DNA of 41,240 nucleotides from Macrostomum lignano. Lineage: Eukaryota. The stretch spans positions 1 to 41,240 of the forward strand of contig NIVC01001706.1 in NCBI GenBank assembly GCA_002269645.1. Reading direction: 5' to 3'. Numbering within the stretch: the stretch's first letter is position 1; every line of letters begins with the position of its first letter. The notes under the pieces were generated by a model, which did not search any database, was not told the DNA's origin, and saw only the letters and a program-made list of their open reading frames with translations. This document shows positions 29,701-41,240 of this stretch, one piece after another. Both the position numbers and the translations under genes were made by a program.

Positions 29701-32497
29701 TTTCAAACGTAATAAGAAGCGTCATGCCAATCATAAAGGAGCCCCTAGAAAGCTAAAAGGAAATGTTGCACTATATACTTTTTGTCTGGTGGATGCTTGC
29801 TATTTAAGGATAGATACTTGCTATCTGGGGGTTCTTTCTATCTGGGGTGCTTGCTATCTGAGGGATGCTTGCTATCTGGGGGTGCTTGCTATCTGGGAGT
29901 GCTTGCTATCTGGGGGTGCTTGCTATCTGGGGGTGCTTGCTATCTGGGGGTGCTTGCTATCTGGGGGTGCTTGCTATCTGGGGGTGCTTGCTATCTGGGG
30001 GTGCTTGCTATCTGGGAGGAGGGGGGATGCTTGCTGTCTTGGGATGTTTTCTTTTTGCATTGCGCTTCATTTGAGCAGTTTTTCTGTTGTCTTTGTGAAG
30101 ACTCTATTTGGCGGGTTTTTTACTTGTAGAGAACAGAAGTTCTATCCAGATGTCCCCCATCGGGGGGCAAAGATTGCTAGTCCTATATACTAAAAATGAG
30201 TTGTCTGTATGTGGGTAGGTATGCGATAGATTTCAGAAAAAATGGCTCAACCGATTTTCTTCAAACTTGCACCATTCGATCAGAAATTTTCCTGGGACGG
30301 TACATGCATCTTGGCTAAAAAATTGCTCAATGATAAAGGGATTAAATATTCGAAAAACATGCTTTTTTGCAAAGGTCAAGCAGCTCTTTCGACCTAAAAT
30401 TCATTGTAAGAATGCTAGAGAAAAAAACTGACTGGCTGAATTCTGATTGTGATAAAGATTGCATCACAACAAGTTGAAAACAGTGCCGAAGAAATGCACA
30501 CACGACTTGATTAAAATTGCGTAACCAATATTGCTAACTTGAACTGAGACTGATACTGGCTGACTGAGAAATTGATTATGTCATAACTTTTTACCCCAAT
30601 TGACTTGCTGTAAGAATTTAATTATAAGGGCCACAATTCATGTACTCCAATTGAAAAGAGATAGCCTAGATACGAACAGACTGGACTGCCAACGTAGCGA
30701 CCTGGGTTCGAATCTTAGTAGTGCAAAATAATTTTTTTATAAAACACCTTGAAAACACGAAACTGCTAAACATAAAAAAGCACAATGTCAAACATAAAAG
30801 AGGCACCATGTCAAACATTACATGGGCACCATGTAAAACAAATACGTGACTCTATGTCAAACATTAAAGAGCCACCATGTGAAACATTAAAGAGTCACCA
30901 TTTCGAACATTAAAGAGCCACCACGTCGAACATTAAAGTGCCACCATGTCAAACGTAAAAGAGCCACCATGAAGAACATTAAAGAGCCACCATGCCAAAC
31001 ATAAAAGAGCCACTATGTCGAACATTAAAGAGCTAGCATGTCAAACATTAAAGAGCCACCATGTCGAACATTAAAGAGCCACCATTTCGAACATAAAAGA
31101 GCCGCCATGTAAAACATTAAAGAGCCACATTGTCAAACATAAAAGAGCCACCATGTAAGACATTTAAGAGCCATCATGTGAAACATTTAAGAGCCACCAT
31201 GTCGAACATAAAAGAGCTACCATGTCAAACCTAAAAGAGCCACCATGTCAAACCTAAAAGAGCCACCATGTCGAACATAAAAGAGCTACCATGTCAAACC
31301 TAAAAGAGCCACCATGTCGAACATAAACGAACCTTTATGTCGTACATTAAAGAGCCACCATGTCAAACATTAAAGAGCCACCATGTCAAACATAAAAGAG
31401 CCACAATGTCAAACATAGAAGAGCCACAATGTCAGATATTAAAAAGCCACCGTATCAAACATAAAAGAGTTACCATGTAGAACAAAAAAGAGCCACCATG
31501 TCGAACATTAAAGAGCCACCATGTCAAGCATAAAAGAGCCACCATGTCAAACATTAAAGAGCCACCATGTCGAACATTAAAGAGCCACCATGTCAAGCAT
31601 AAAAGAGCCACCATGTCAAACATTAAAGAGCCATGTCAAACACTAAAGAGCCAACATGTCGAACATAAAAGAGCCACCATGTCAAACATTAAAGAGCCAC
31701 CATGTCAGACATTAAAGAGCCACCATGTCAAACATTAAAGAGCCACCATATCGAACACTAAAGAGCCACCATGTCAAACATATGTGAATCCATGTCGAAT
31801 ATATACGTGCCTCCATGTCACACATAAAAGGGCCACCATGTAAAACATATACATATGACTACATAACAAACATTAAACAGCCCACCATGTCGAACATTAA
31901 AGAGCCATCATGTCAAACATAAAAGAGCCACCATGTCAAACATTAAAGAGCCACCATGTCAAACATTAAAGAGCCACTATGTCAAACATAAAAGAGCCAC
32001 CATGTCAAACATTAAAGAGCCACCATATCGAACACTAAAGAGCCACCATGTCAAACATATGTGACTCCATGTCAAATATATACGTGACTCCATGTCACAC
32101 ATAAAAGAGCCACCATGTAAAACATATACATATGACTACATAACAAACATTAAACAGCCACCATGTCGAACATTAAAGAGCCATCATGTCAAACATAAAA
32201 GAGCCACCATGTCATAAATTAAAGACCCACCATGTCAAACATTAAAGAGCCACCATGTCAAACATTAAAGAGCCACCATGTCAAACATTAAAGAGCCACC
32301 ATGTCAAACATTAAAGAGCCACATGTCGAACATAAAAGAGCCACTTTGTCAAACATCTACGAGTCACCATGTCAAGCGTATACATGACTCCATTTCAGAC
32401 ATTAAAGTGCCACCATGTCAAACATAAAAGAGCCACCAGCTCAAACATTAAAGAGCCACCATGTCAGACACAAAACAGCTACCATGTCAAACATAAA

Positions 32498-33595
32498 TGG
32501 GGTGCCTACTATCTTGGAGTGCTTGCTATCTGGAGATGCGTGCTATCTGGGGGTGCTTGCTATCTGGGGGGATGCTTGCTATCTTGGGGGTTCTAGCTAT
32601 CTGGGGGTGCTTGCTATTAGGTGGATGCTTGCTATCTGGGGTGCCTGCTATCTTGGAGTGCTTGCTATCTGGAGATGCGTGCTATCTGGGGGTGCTTGCT
32701 ATCTGGGGGTGCTTGCTATCTGGGGGTGCTTGCTATCTGGGGGTGCTTGCTATTAGGTGGATGCTTGCTATCTGGGGTGCCTGCTATCTGGGGGTTCTTG
32801 CTATCTGGGGTGCCTGCTATCTGGGTGTGCTTGCTATTAGGTGGATGCTTGCTATCTGGGGTGCCTGCTATCTGGGGGTGCTTGCTATCTGGAGATGCTT
32901 GCTATCTGGGGGTGCTTGCTATTAGGTGGATGCTTGCTATCTGGGGTGCCTGCTATCTGGGGGTGCTTGCTATCTAGAGATGCTTGCTATCTGGGGGTGC
33001 TTGCTATCTGGGGGTGCTTGCTATCTGGGGGTGCTTGCTATTAGGTGGATGCTTGCTATCTGGGGGTGCTTGCTATTAGGTGGATGCTTGCTATCTGGGG
33101 GTGCTTGCTATTAGGTGGATGCTTGCTATCTGGGGGTGCTTGCTATCTGGAGATGCTTGCTATCTGGGGGTGCTTGCTATCTGGGGGTGCTTGCTATCTA
33201 AGGGTGCTTGCTATTAGGTGGATGCTTGCTATCTTGGGGTGCTTGCTATTAGGTGGATGCTTGCTATCTGGGGTGCCTGCTATCTGGGGGTGCTTGCTAT
33301 CTAGAGATGCTTGCTACTTGGGGTGCTTGCTATCTGGGGGTGCTTGCTATCTGGGGGTGCTTGCTATCTAAGGGTGCTTGCTATTAGGTGGATGCTTGCT
33401 ATCTTGGGGTGCTTGCTATTAGGTGGATGCTTGCTATCTGGGGTGCCTGCTATCTGGGGGTGCTTGCTATCTGGAGATGCTTGCCTTGCCATCCAAGGGT
33501 GCTTGCTATCTGGGGATGCTTGCTATCTAAGGGTGCTTGCTATTAGGTGGATGCTTGCTATCTGGGGGTGCTTGCTATCTGGGGGGTTGCTTGCT
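32498..33595 (+). repeat. 17-bp satellite GGGTGCTTGCTATCTGG in unit 5 (shorter copy at ~29800-30020 in unit 4)
   Basis: Visible tandem units; source of the GACYL/GVLAI ORFs. Confidence 0.9.
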
Positions 33596-34354
33596 GTCCT
33601 GGGATATTTTTTTGCATTGCACTTCATTTGAGCAGTTTTTCTATTGTCTATGTGAAGGCTTTATTTGGCCGTCTTTTTGATACTTGTAGAGTGCCAGAGA
33701 TTCTATCTAGATGCCCCCCATCGGGGGGCGAAGATTGCTAGTCCTATATACTAAAAATGGTCTGTCTGTGTCTATGTGATCGATTAGAGAAAAAATGGCT
33801 GTACCGATTTTGTTCGAACTTGCACTGTTCGATCAGAAATTTTCCCGTGACTGTACATGCATCGTGGCTAAGAAATTTCTTGATGCTAAAGGCATTAAAT
33901 ATTCGAAAAACATGCTTTTTTGCAAAGGTCAAGCAAACTTTTCGACTTGAAATGCATTGTAAGAATGCTAGAGAAAAAACTGACTGGTTGAATTCTGATT
34001 CTGAAATAGATTGCATCATAACTGAATTGTAACTCCGACTTGAATTGAAAATGCAGTGTGGAAGCGTAGCACCAGACTTGATTTAGATTGCGTAACCATA
34101 TTGTTAACTGATACTGACTGACTGAGAAACTGATTATGTCATAACTGCTTCGTGTGATTTACTCTATGCTTGGATTTTAAAGTGTTGAATTATATAAGTG
34201 CAAAATTTGATGTTATCAAAACGATGAGAGCTAGCCTAGAGGTGAACAAACTGAACTGTTAAATGCAGCGACGATGGTTCGAATTTTCATAGAGTATAAT
34301 TTTTTAATTAAAGCTTTTCAACGTCAGGAAAACTAAAAGACTTTTTAAAAAGAA

Positions 34355-35720
34355 TCGTCATGTAAAAATCATAGAAGCGTCATGTAAAAAATCATAGAAG
34401 CGTCATGTAAACAATCATAGAAGCGTCATGTAAAAAATCATAGAAGCGTCATGTAAACAATCATAGAAGCGTCATGTAAACAATCATAGAAGCGTCATGT
34501 AAACAATCATAGAAGCGTCATTTAAACAATCATAGAAGCGTCATGTAAACAATCATAGAAGCGTCATGTAAACAATCATAGAAGCGTCATATAAAAATCA
34601 TAGAAGCGTCATGTAAACAATCATAGAAGCGTCATGTAAACAATCATAGAAGCGTCATGTAAAAAATCATAGAAGCGTCATGTAAACAATCATAGAAGCG
34701 TCATTTAAACAATCATAGAAGCGTCATGTAAACAATCATAGAAGCGTCATGTAAAAAATCATAGAAGCGTCATGTAAACAATCATAGAAGCGCCATGTAA
34801 ACAATCATAGAAGCGTCATGAAACAATCATAGAAGCGTCATGTAAAAAATCATAGAAGCGTCATGTAAAAAGCATAGAAGCGTCATGTAAAAATCATAGA
34901 AGCGTCGTATAAACAATCATAGAAGCGTCATGTAAACAATCATAGAAGCGTCATGTAAAAAATCATAGAAGCGTCATGTAAACAATCATAGAAGCGTCAT
35001 GAAACAATCATAGAAGCGTCATGTAAAAAATCATAGAAGCGTCATGTAAAAAGCATAGAAGCGTCATGTAAAAATCATAGAAGCGTCGTATAAACAATCA
35101 TAGAAGCGTCATGTAAACAATCATAGAAGCGTCATGTAAACAATCATAGAAGCGTCATGTAAACAATCATAGAAGCGTCATGAAACAATCATAGAAGCGT
35201 CATGTAAACAATCATAGAAGCGTCATGTAAAAAGCATAGAAGCGTCATGTAAAAATCATAGAAGCGTCGTATAAACAATCATAGAAGCGTCATGTAAACA
35301 ATCATAGAAGCGTCATGTAAAAATCATAAAAGCGTCATGTAAAAATCATCGAAGCGTCCTGCAGAAATCGTAGAAGCGTCATGAAATAATCATAGAAGCG
35401 TCATGTAAAAAATCATAGAAGCGTCATGTAAACAATCATAGAAGCGTCATGTAAACAATTATAGAAGCGTCATGTAAACAATCATGGAAGCGTTATGTAA
35501 AAAAATCATAGAAGCGTCATGTAAAAAGCATAGAAGCGTCATATAAACAATCATAGAAGCGTCATATAAAAAATCATAGAAGTGTCATGTAAAAATCTTA
35601 GAAGCGTCATGAAAAAATCATAGGAGCCTCATTTAAAAACTAATGAAAGTGTCATTTAAAAAATTAAGAAGCATCATGGTAGAATAAAAGAAGCGTCATG
35701 TCAGACATGAAGGGTGTCAT
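34355..35720 (+). repeat. 22-23-bp satellite ATCATAGAAGCGTCATGTAAACA in unit 6 (near-identical copy at ~37437-38800 in unit 7)
   Basis: Visible tandem units. Confidence 0.9.
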
Positions 35721-36539
35721 GTAAAAATTAAATGCAGCTATAATGCTGTGCTGGGGAGGAAAAACTGAGACGTAAAGGCTCTCAGAGAATAACTGAGATT
35801 ACGGGGGGGGTTCTGAGATGTCAAAGCAAAAGTCAGAAGCTACTTCAAAGTTCATGTACTTTACTCAATTTTTTATTGCATTATTTGTTGGCTCGCCACG
35901 GGGGGGGCGCTGATAGAAGAAGAGTCATGTAAAAAATAAAAGTAGCACTACGTATACATAAAAGAAAAGTCATGTCGAAGTTAAAAGATTCATTTGGGAA
36001 TTGCTACGATGTCAAAGCTTGGTGGAAATCGTTATAGTGCTGTGATTCTTAAAGAAGGAATCACTAAAATGTCAAGGCTTAGGGGAGAAGAATTGCTGAG
36101 ATTTCAAGGCTTTAGGTTGGGTTAAAGTTAGGTTTAGGTCAGGTGTGGGTTGAGGGTTATATTTTATCGGATTTCAAGGTTAACAGAATAACAGGGTATT
36201 TTTTAGATTTCAAGGTTTATGGGGGCCATCGCTGACATGTTAAGACTTACGGGGGGAATATCTGAGATGTCAAGGTTCACGGGGTATAAATGAGATTTCA
36301 AGGCTAAAGTCAGAAGCTACATGTAGTTTATTGAAAACTTTTTATTACATTATTTGATGCCTCCTCTGGGGAGGGATCGCTGATAAAAAAAGCGTAATGT
36401 AAAAAATAAAATAAGCTTCATGTCGAAGTTAAGAGATTCATTTGGGAATCTCTACGATGTCGAGGCTTGCAGGGAATCGCTATAATGCTGTAGTAGTGCT
36501 ATAATGACTCTTAGAGAGAATTACTGAAATTTCAATGCT

Positions 36540-36601
36540 TTAGGGTTAGGTTAGGGTTAGGGTTAGGGTTAGGGTTAGGGTTAGGCTAGGGTTAGGGTTA
36601 G
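36540..36601 (+). repeat. Interstitial telomere-like (TTAGGG)n tract (second copy 39613-39672)
   Basis: About 10 TTAGGG/TTAGG units with ordinary sequence on both sides. Confidence 0.9.
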
Positions 36602-39600
36602 AAGGTTGACAGATATTTTTAGATTTCCAAGGCTTATTTGGGGCATTGCTGAGATGTCAAGGGGGGAAGTTGATATGTTAAAGCTTGTGGGGGGGGGAAT
36701 TACTGACATTTCAAGGCTTACAAGGTTTGACAGGAGATTTTTCAAGATTTCAAGGATACATGTAGTTTATTAAAAAAACGTGTATTGCATTTCTTTGGCT
36801 CCCCAACGGGGGGCGTAGATTGCTATCCTATATACTAAAAATGGTCTGTCTGTGTCTATGTGATCGATTAGAGAAAAAATGGCTGTACCGATTTTGTTCG
36901 AACTTGCACTGTTCGATCAGAAATTTTCCCGTGACTGTACATGCATCGTGGCTAAGAAATTTCTTGATGCTAAAGGCATTAAATATTCGAAAAACATGCT
37001 TTTTTGCAAAGGTCAAGCAAACTTTTCGACTTGAAATGCATTGTAAGAATGCTAGAGAAAAAACTGACTGGTTGAATTCTGATTCTGAAATAGATTGCAT
37101 CATAACTGAATTGTAACTCCGACTTGAATTGAAAATGCAGTGTGGAAGCGTAGCACCAGACTTGATTTAGATTGCGTAACCATATTGTTAACTGATACTG
37201 ACTGACTGAGAAACTGATTATGTCATAACTGCTTCGTGTGATTTACTCTATGCTTGGATTTTAAAGTGTTGAATTATATAAGTGCAAAATTTGATGTTAT
37301 CAAAACGATGAGAGCTAGCCTAGAGGTGAACAAACTGAACTGTTAAATGCAGCGACGATGGTTCGAATTTTCATAGAGTATAATTTTTTAATTAAAGCTT
37401 TTCAACGTCAGGAAAACTAAAAGACTTTTTAAAAAGAATCGTCATGTAAAAATCATAGAAGCGTCATGTAAAAAATCATAGAAGCGTCATGTAAACAATC
37501 ATAGAAGCGTCATGTAAAAAATCATAGAAGCGTCATGTAAACAATCATAGAAGCGTCATGTAAACAATCATAGAAGCGTCATGTAAACAATCATAGAAGC
37601 GTCATGAAACAATCATAGAAGCGTCATGTAAACAATCATAGAAGCGTCATGTAAACAATCATAGAAGCGTCATATAAAAATCATAGAAGCGTCATGTAAA
37701 CAATCATAGAAGCGTCATGTAAACAATCATAGAAGCGTCATGTAAAAAATCATAGAAGCGTCATGTAAACAATCATAGAAGCGTCATTTAAACAATCATA
37801 GAAGCGTCATGTAAACAATCATAGAAGCGTCATGTAAAAAATCATAGAAGCGTCATGTAAACAATCATAGAAGCGTCATGTAAACAATCATAGAAGCGTC
37901 ATGAAACAATCATAGAAGCGTCATGTAAAAATCATAGAAGCGTCATGTAAAAAGCATAGAAGCGTCATGTAAAAATCATAGAAGCGTCGTATAAACAATC
38001 ATAGAAGCGTCATGTAAACAATCATAGAAGCGTCATGTAAAAATCATAGAAGCGTCATGTAAACAATCATAGAAGCGTCATGAAACAATCATAGAAGCGT
38101 CATGTAAAAAATCATAGAAGCGTCATGTAAAAAGCATAGAAGCGTCATGTAAAAATCATAGAAGCGTCGTATAAACAATCATAGAAGCGTCATGTAAACA
38201 ATCATAGAAGCGTCATGTAAACAATCATAGAAGCGTCATGTAAACAATCATAGAAGCGTCATGAAACAATCATAGAAGCGTCATGTAAACAATCATAGAA
38301 GCGTCATGTAAAAAAGCATAGAAGCGTCATGTAAAAATCATAGAAGCGTCGTATAACAATCATAGAAGCGTCATGTAAACAATCATAGAAGCGTCATGTA
38401 AAAATCATAAAGCGTCATGTAAAAATCATCGAAGCGTCCTGCAGAAATCGTAGAAGCGTCATGAAATAATCATAGAAGCGTCATGTAAAAAATCATAGAA
38501 GCGTCAAGTAAACAATCATAGAAGCGTCATGTAAACAATTATAGAAGCGTCATGTAAACAATCATGGAAGCGTTATGTAAAAAAATCATAGAAGCGTCAT
38601 GTAAAAAGCATAGAAGCGTCATATAAACAATCATAGAAGCGTCATATAAAAAATCATAGAAGTGTCATGTAAAAATCTAGAAGCGTCATGAAAAAATCAT
38701 AGGAGCCTCATTTAAAAACTAATGAAAGTGTCATTTAAAAAATTAAGAAGCATCATGGTAGAATAAAAGAAGCGTCATGTCAGACATGAAGGTGTCATGT
38801 AAAAATTAAATGCAGCTATAATGCTGTGCTGGGAGGAAAAACTGAGACGTAAAGGCTCTCAGAGAATAACTGAGATTACGGGGGGGGGTTCTGAGATGTC
38901 AAAGCAAAAGTCAGAAGCTACTTCAAAGTTCATGTACTTTACTCAATTTTTTATTGCATTTTTGTTGGCTCGCCACGGGGGGGCGCTGATAGAAGAAGAG
39001 TCATGTAAAAATAAAAGTAGCACTACGTATACATAAAAGAAAAGTCATGTCGAAGTTAAAAGATTCATTTGGGAATTGCTACGATGTCAAAGCTTGGTGG
39101 AAATCGTTATAGTGCTGTGATTCTTAAAGAAGGAATCACTAAAATGTCAAGGCTTAGGGAGAAGAATTGCTGAGATTTCAAGGCTTTAGGTTGGGTTAAA
39201 GTTAGGTTTAGGTCAGGTGTGGGTTGAGGGTTATATTTTATCGGATTTCAAGGTTAACAGAATAACAGGGGATTTTTTAGATTTCAAGGTTTATGGGGCC
39301 ATCGCTGACATGTTAAGACTTACGGGGGGAATATCTGAGATGTCAAGGTTCACGGGGTATAAATGAGATTTCAAGGCTAAAGTCAGAAGCTACATGTAGT
39401 TTATTGAAAACTTTTTATTACATTATTTGATGCCTCCTCTGGGGAGGGATCGCTGATAAAAAAAGCGTAATGTAAAAAATAAAATAAGCTTCATGTCGAA
39501 GTTAAGAGATTCATTTGGGAATCTCTACGATGTCGAGGCTTGCAGGGAATCGCTATAATGCTGTAGTAGTGCTATAATGACTCTTAGAGAGAATTACTGA

Positions 39601-40564
39601 AATTTCAATGCTTTAGGGTTAGGTTAGGGTTAGGTTAGGTTAGGGTTAGGGTTAGGCTAGGGTTAGGGTTAGAAGGTTGACAGATATTTTTAGATTTCCA
39701 AGCTTATTGGGGCATTGCTGAGATGTCAAGGGGGGAAGTTGATATGTAAAGCTTGTGGGGGGGGAATTACTGACATGTCAAGGCTTACAAGGTTTGACAG
39801 GAGATTTTTTAAGATTTCAAGATACATGTAGTTATATTAAAAAAACGTGTATTGCATTTCTTTGGCTCCCCAACGGGGGGCGTAGATTGCTAGTCTAATA
39901 TACTAAAAATGAAATGCTTGGTTGCTTGCTTGTAATTGATTTTCTCCGAACGGCCTCAACCGATTTTCTTCAAACTTGCACATTCGATCAGAAATTTTCC
40001 CGGACGGTACATGCATATTGGCTAAGAAATTGCTCAATGTTAAAGGCATTAAAATATTCGAAAAACATGATTTTTTGCAAAGGTCAAGCAGCTCTTTCGA
40101 CCTGAAATGCATTGTAAGAATGCTAGAGAAAAATCTGACTGGTTGAATTCTGATTCTGAAATAGATTGCATCACAATACACTTTATTTATCGTCTGTGTA
40201 CTGGCTGAATTTGAACTCAATTGAATTGCGTCACAGCTTTGAGGGTGAAAAGTATAGTGCAGTACTGAATTTATATTACGTAACCATATTGTTAACTTCA
40301 TAGACACTGGTACTGACTTGCCTAAGAAATTGATTATGTCATAACTGCTTCGCGTGACTTTTTACTCTACTGACTTGGTGTGAGTGTTAAATTAATTATA
40401 TAAGTGGTACAAATTCACTGATAACTTCGATGAGAGCTAGCCTAGAGCTGAGCAGACCAGACTGCTAATGCAGCGACCTGGGTTCGAATCTAAGTAGTTT
40501 AAAAGTAGTAGTGTAAAATTTTTTATTAAAAGCTTTTATTAAAGACTAAATAAAAACACTTAGA

Positions 40565-41240
40565 TTACTGCACTCGATAAGCAAGGATTATTGCTCTTGG
40601 CAAACCAAGGAATACTGCACTCGATAAGCCAAGGATTATTGCTCTTGGCAAACCAGGATTACTGCACTCGATAAGCATGGATTATTGCTATTAATAAACC
40701 AAGGATTACTGCACTCGATAAGCAAGGATTATTGCTATTAATAAACCATGAATTACTGCACTCGATAAGCCAAGGATTATTGTATTGAATAAACCAAGGA
40801 TTACTGCACTCATAAGCCATGGATTATTGCTATTAATAAACCAAGGATTACTGCACTCGATAAGCCAAGGATTATTGCTATTAATAAACCAAGGATTACT
40901 GCACTCGATAAACAAGGATTATTGCTATTAATAAACCAAGGATTACTGCACTCGATAAGCCAAGGACTATTGCTATTAATAAACCAAGGATTACTGCACT
41001 CAATAAACCAAGGACTATTGCTCTTGGCAAAACAAGGATTACTGCACTCGATAAGCCAAGGACTATTGCTCTTGGCAACCAAGGATTACTGCACTCGATA
41101 AGCCATGATTATTGCTATTAATAAACCAAGGATTACTGCACTCGATAACCAAGGATTATTGCTATTAATAAACTAAGGATTACTGCACTCGATAAACCAA
41201 GATTATTGCAATATAAGCAAGGATTATGCACTTGCAAACC
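40565..41240 (+). repeat. Alternating 24-bp dimer satellite in unit 8
   Basis: CCAAGGATTACTGCACTCGATAAG alternates with CCAAGGATTATTGCTATTAATAAA or CCAAGGATTATTGCTCTTGGCAAA. Confidence 0.88.

Larger units (their letters stand above)
26998..41240 (+). mobile_element. Head-to-tail array of non-autonomous Helitron-like elements: 26998-27345, 27346-27699, 27700-27766 (truncated), 27767-30180, 30181-33741, 33742-36825, 36826-39893, 39894-end
   Basis: Each unit starts TC(C/T)..ATATACTAAA and shares a homologous 5' module (..AACCGATTTT..AAACTTGCAC..). Complete units end in a GC hairpin followed by CTAG (e.g. GTCCCCC-ATC-GGGGGGC at 30152-30168, CTAG at 30177-30180; CTA only at 36825). Starts at 26998 and 27767 follow an A (A|TC). 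No Rep/helicase coding sequence. Confidence 0.8.

Noticed and set aside
36540-36601. True chromosome end
   Set aside because: Short tract with ordinary sequence on both sides, duplicated with its host unit.
26871-41082. 60-140-aa ORFs in the Helitron-like array as a Rep/helicase or other proteins
   Set aside because: No HUH or helicase motifs; frames are not preserved between homologous units, or they are satellite translations.

Overview
Eukaryotic (apparently animal) genomic DNA in three parts. (1) 1-10764 is the right-hand ~10.8 kb of an AT-rich Polinton/Maverick (adintovirus-like) endogenous virus. On the minus strand it carries a fibre-like adhesin, adenain-type protease, minor capsid protein, packaging ATPase and major capsid protein. 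On the plus strand it carries a hypothetical protein, a free-standing HNH endonuclease and a PLA2-integrase fusion gene. It ends in a folded terminal palindrome and ...ACTACT. The PLA2 domain is split in its GPGT motif by a 333-nt group I (IC1-type) intron (8380-8712) whose core can be paired by eye; this is the most striking feature. A GC-rich 30-bp mini-hairpin module family is scattered through the virus: at gene ends, in frame inside the ATPase, and inside the intron. No DNA polymerase B is seen; it may lie left of the window. (2) 10765-26997 is host DNA: the 3' exons of TMEM94 (+), which imply the virus sits in a TMEM94 intron, a GT31 galactosyltransferase-like gene (-) and a DUF21/CBS (CNNM-type) gene (-). 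Most long introns are filled by their own minisatellite. (3) 26998-41240 is a head-to-tail array of at least 8 non-autonomous Helitron-like units (TC...hairpin-CTAG) carrying different internal satellites, a tRNA-like segment and TTAGGG tracts. Scattered 1-bp frameshifts in both viral and host genes look like long-read indel errors. The gene and repeat style is reminiscent of the flatworm Macrostomum, but the host cannot be established from this window. All family assignments are from motif recognition, with no database search.
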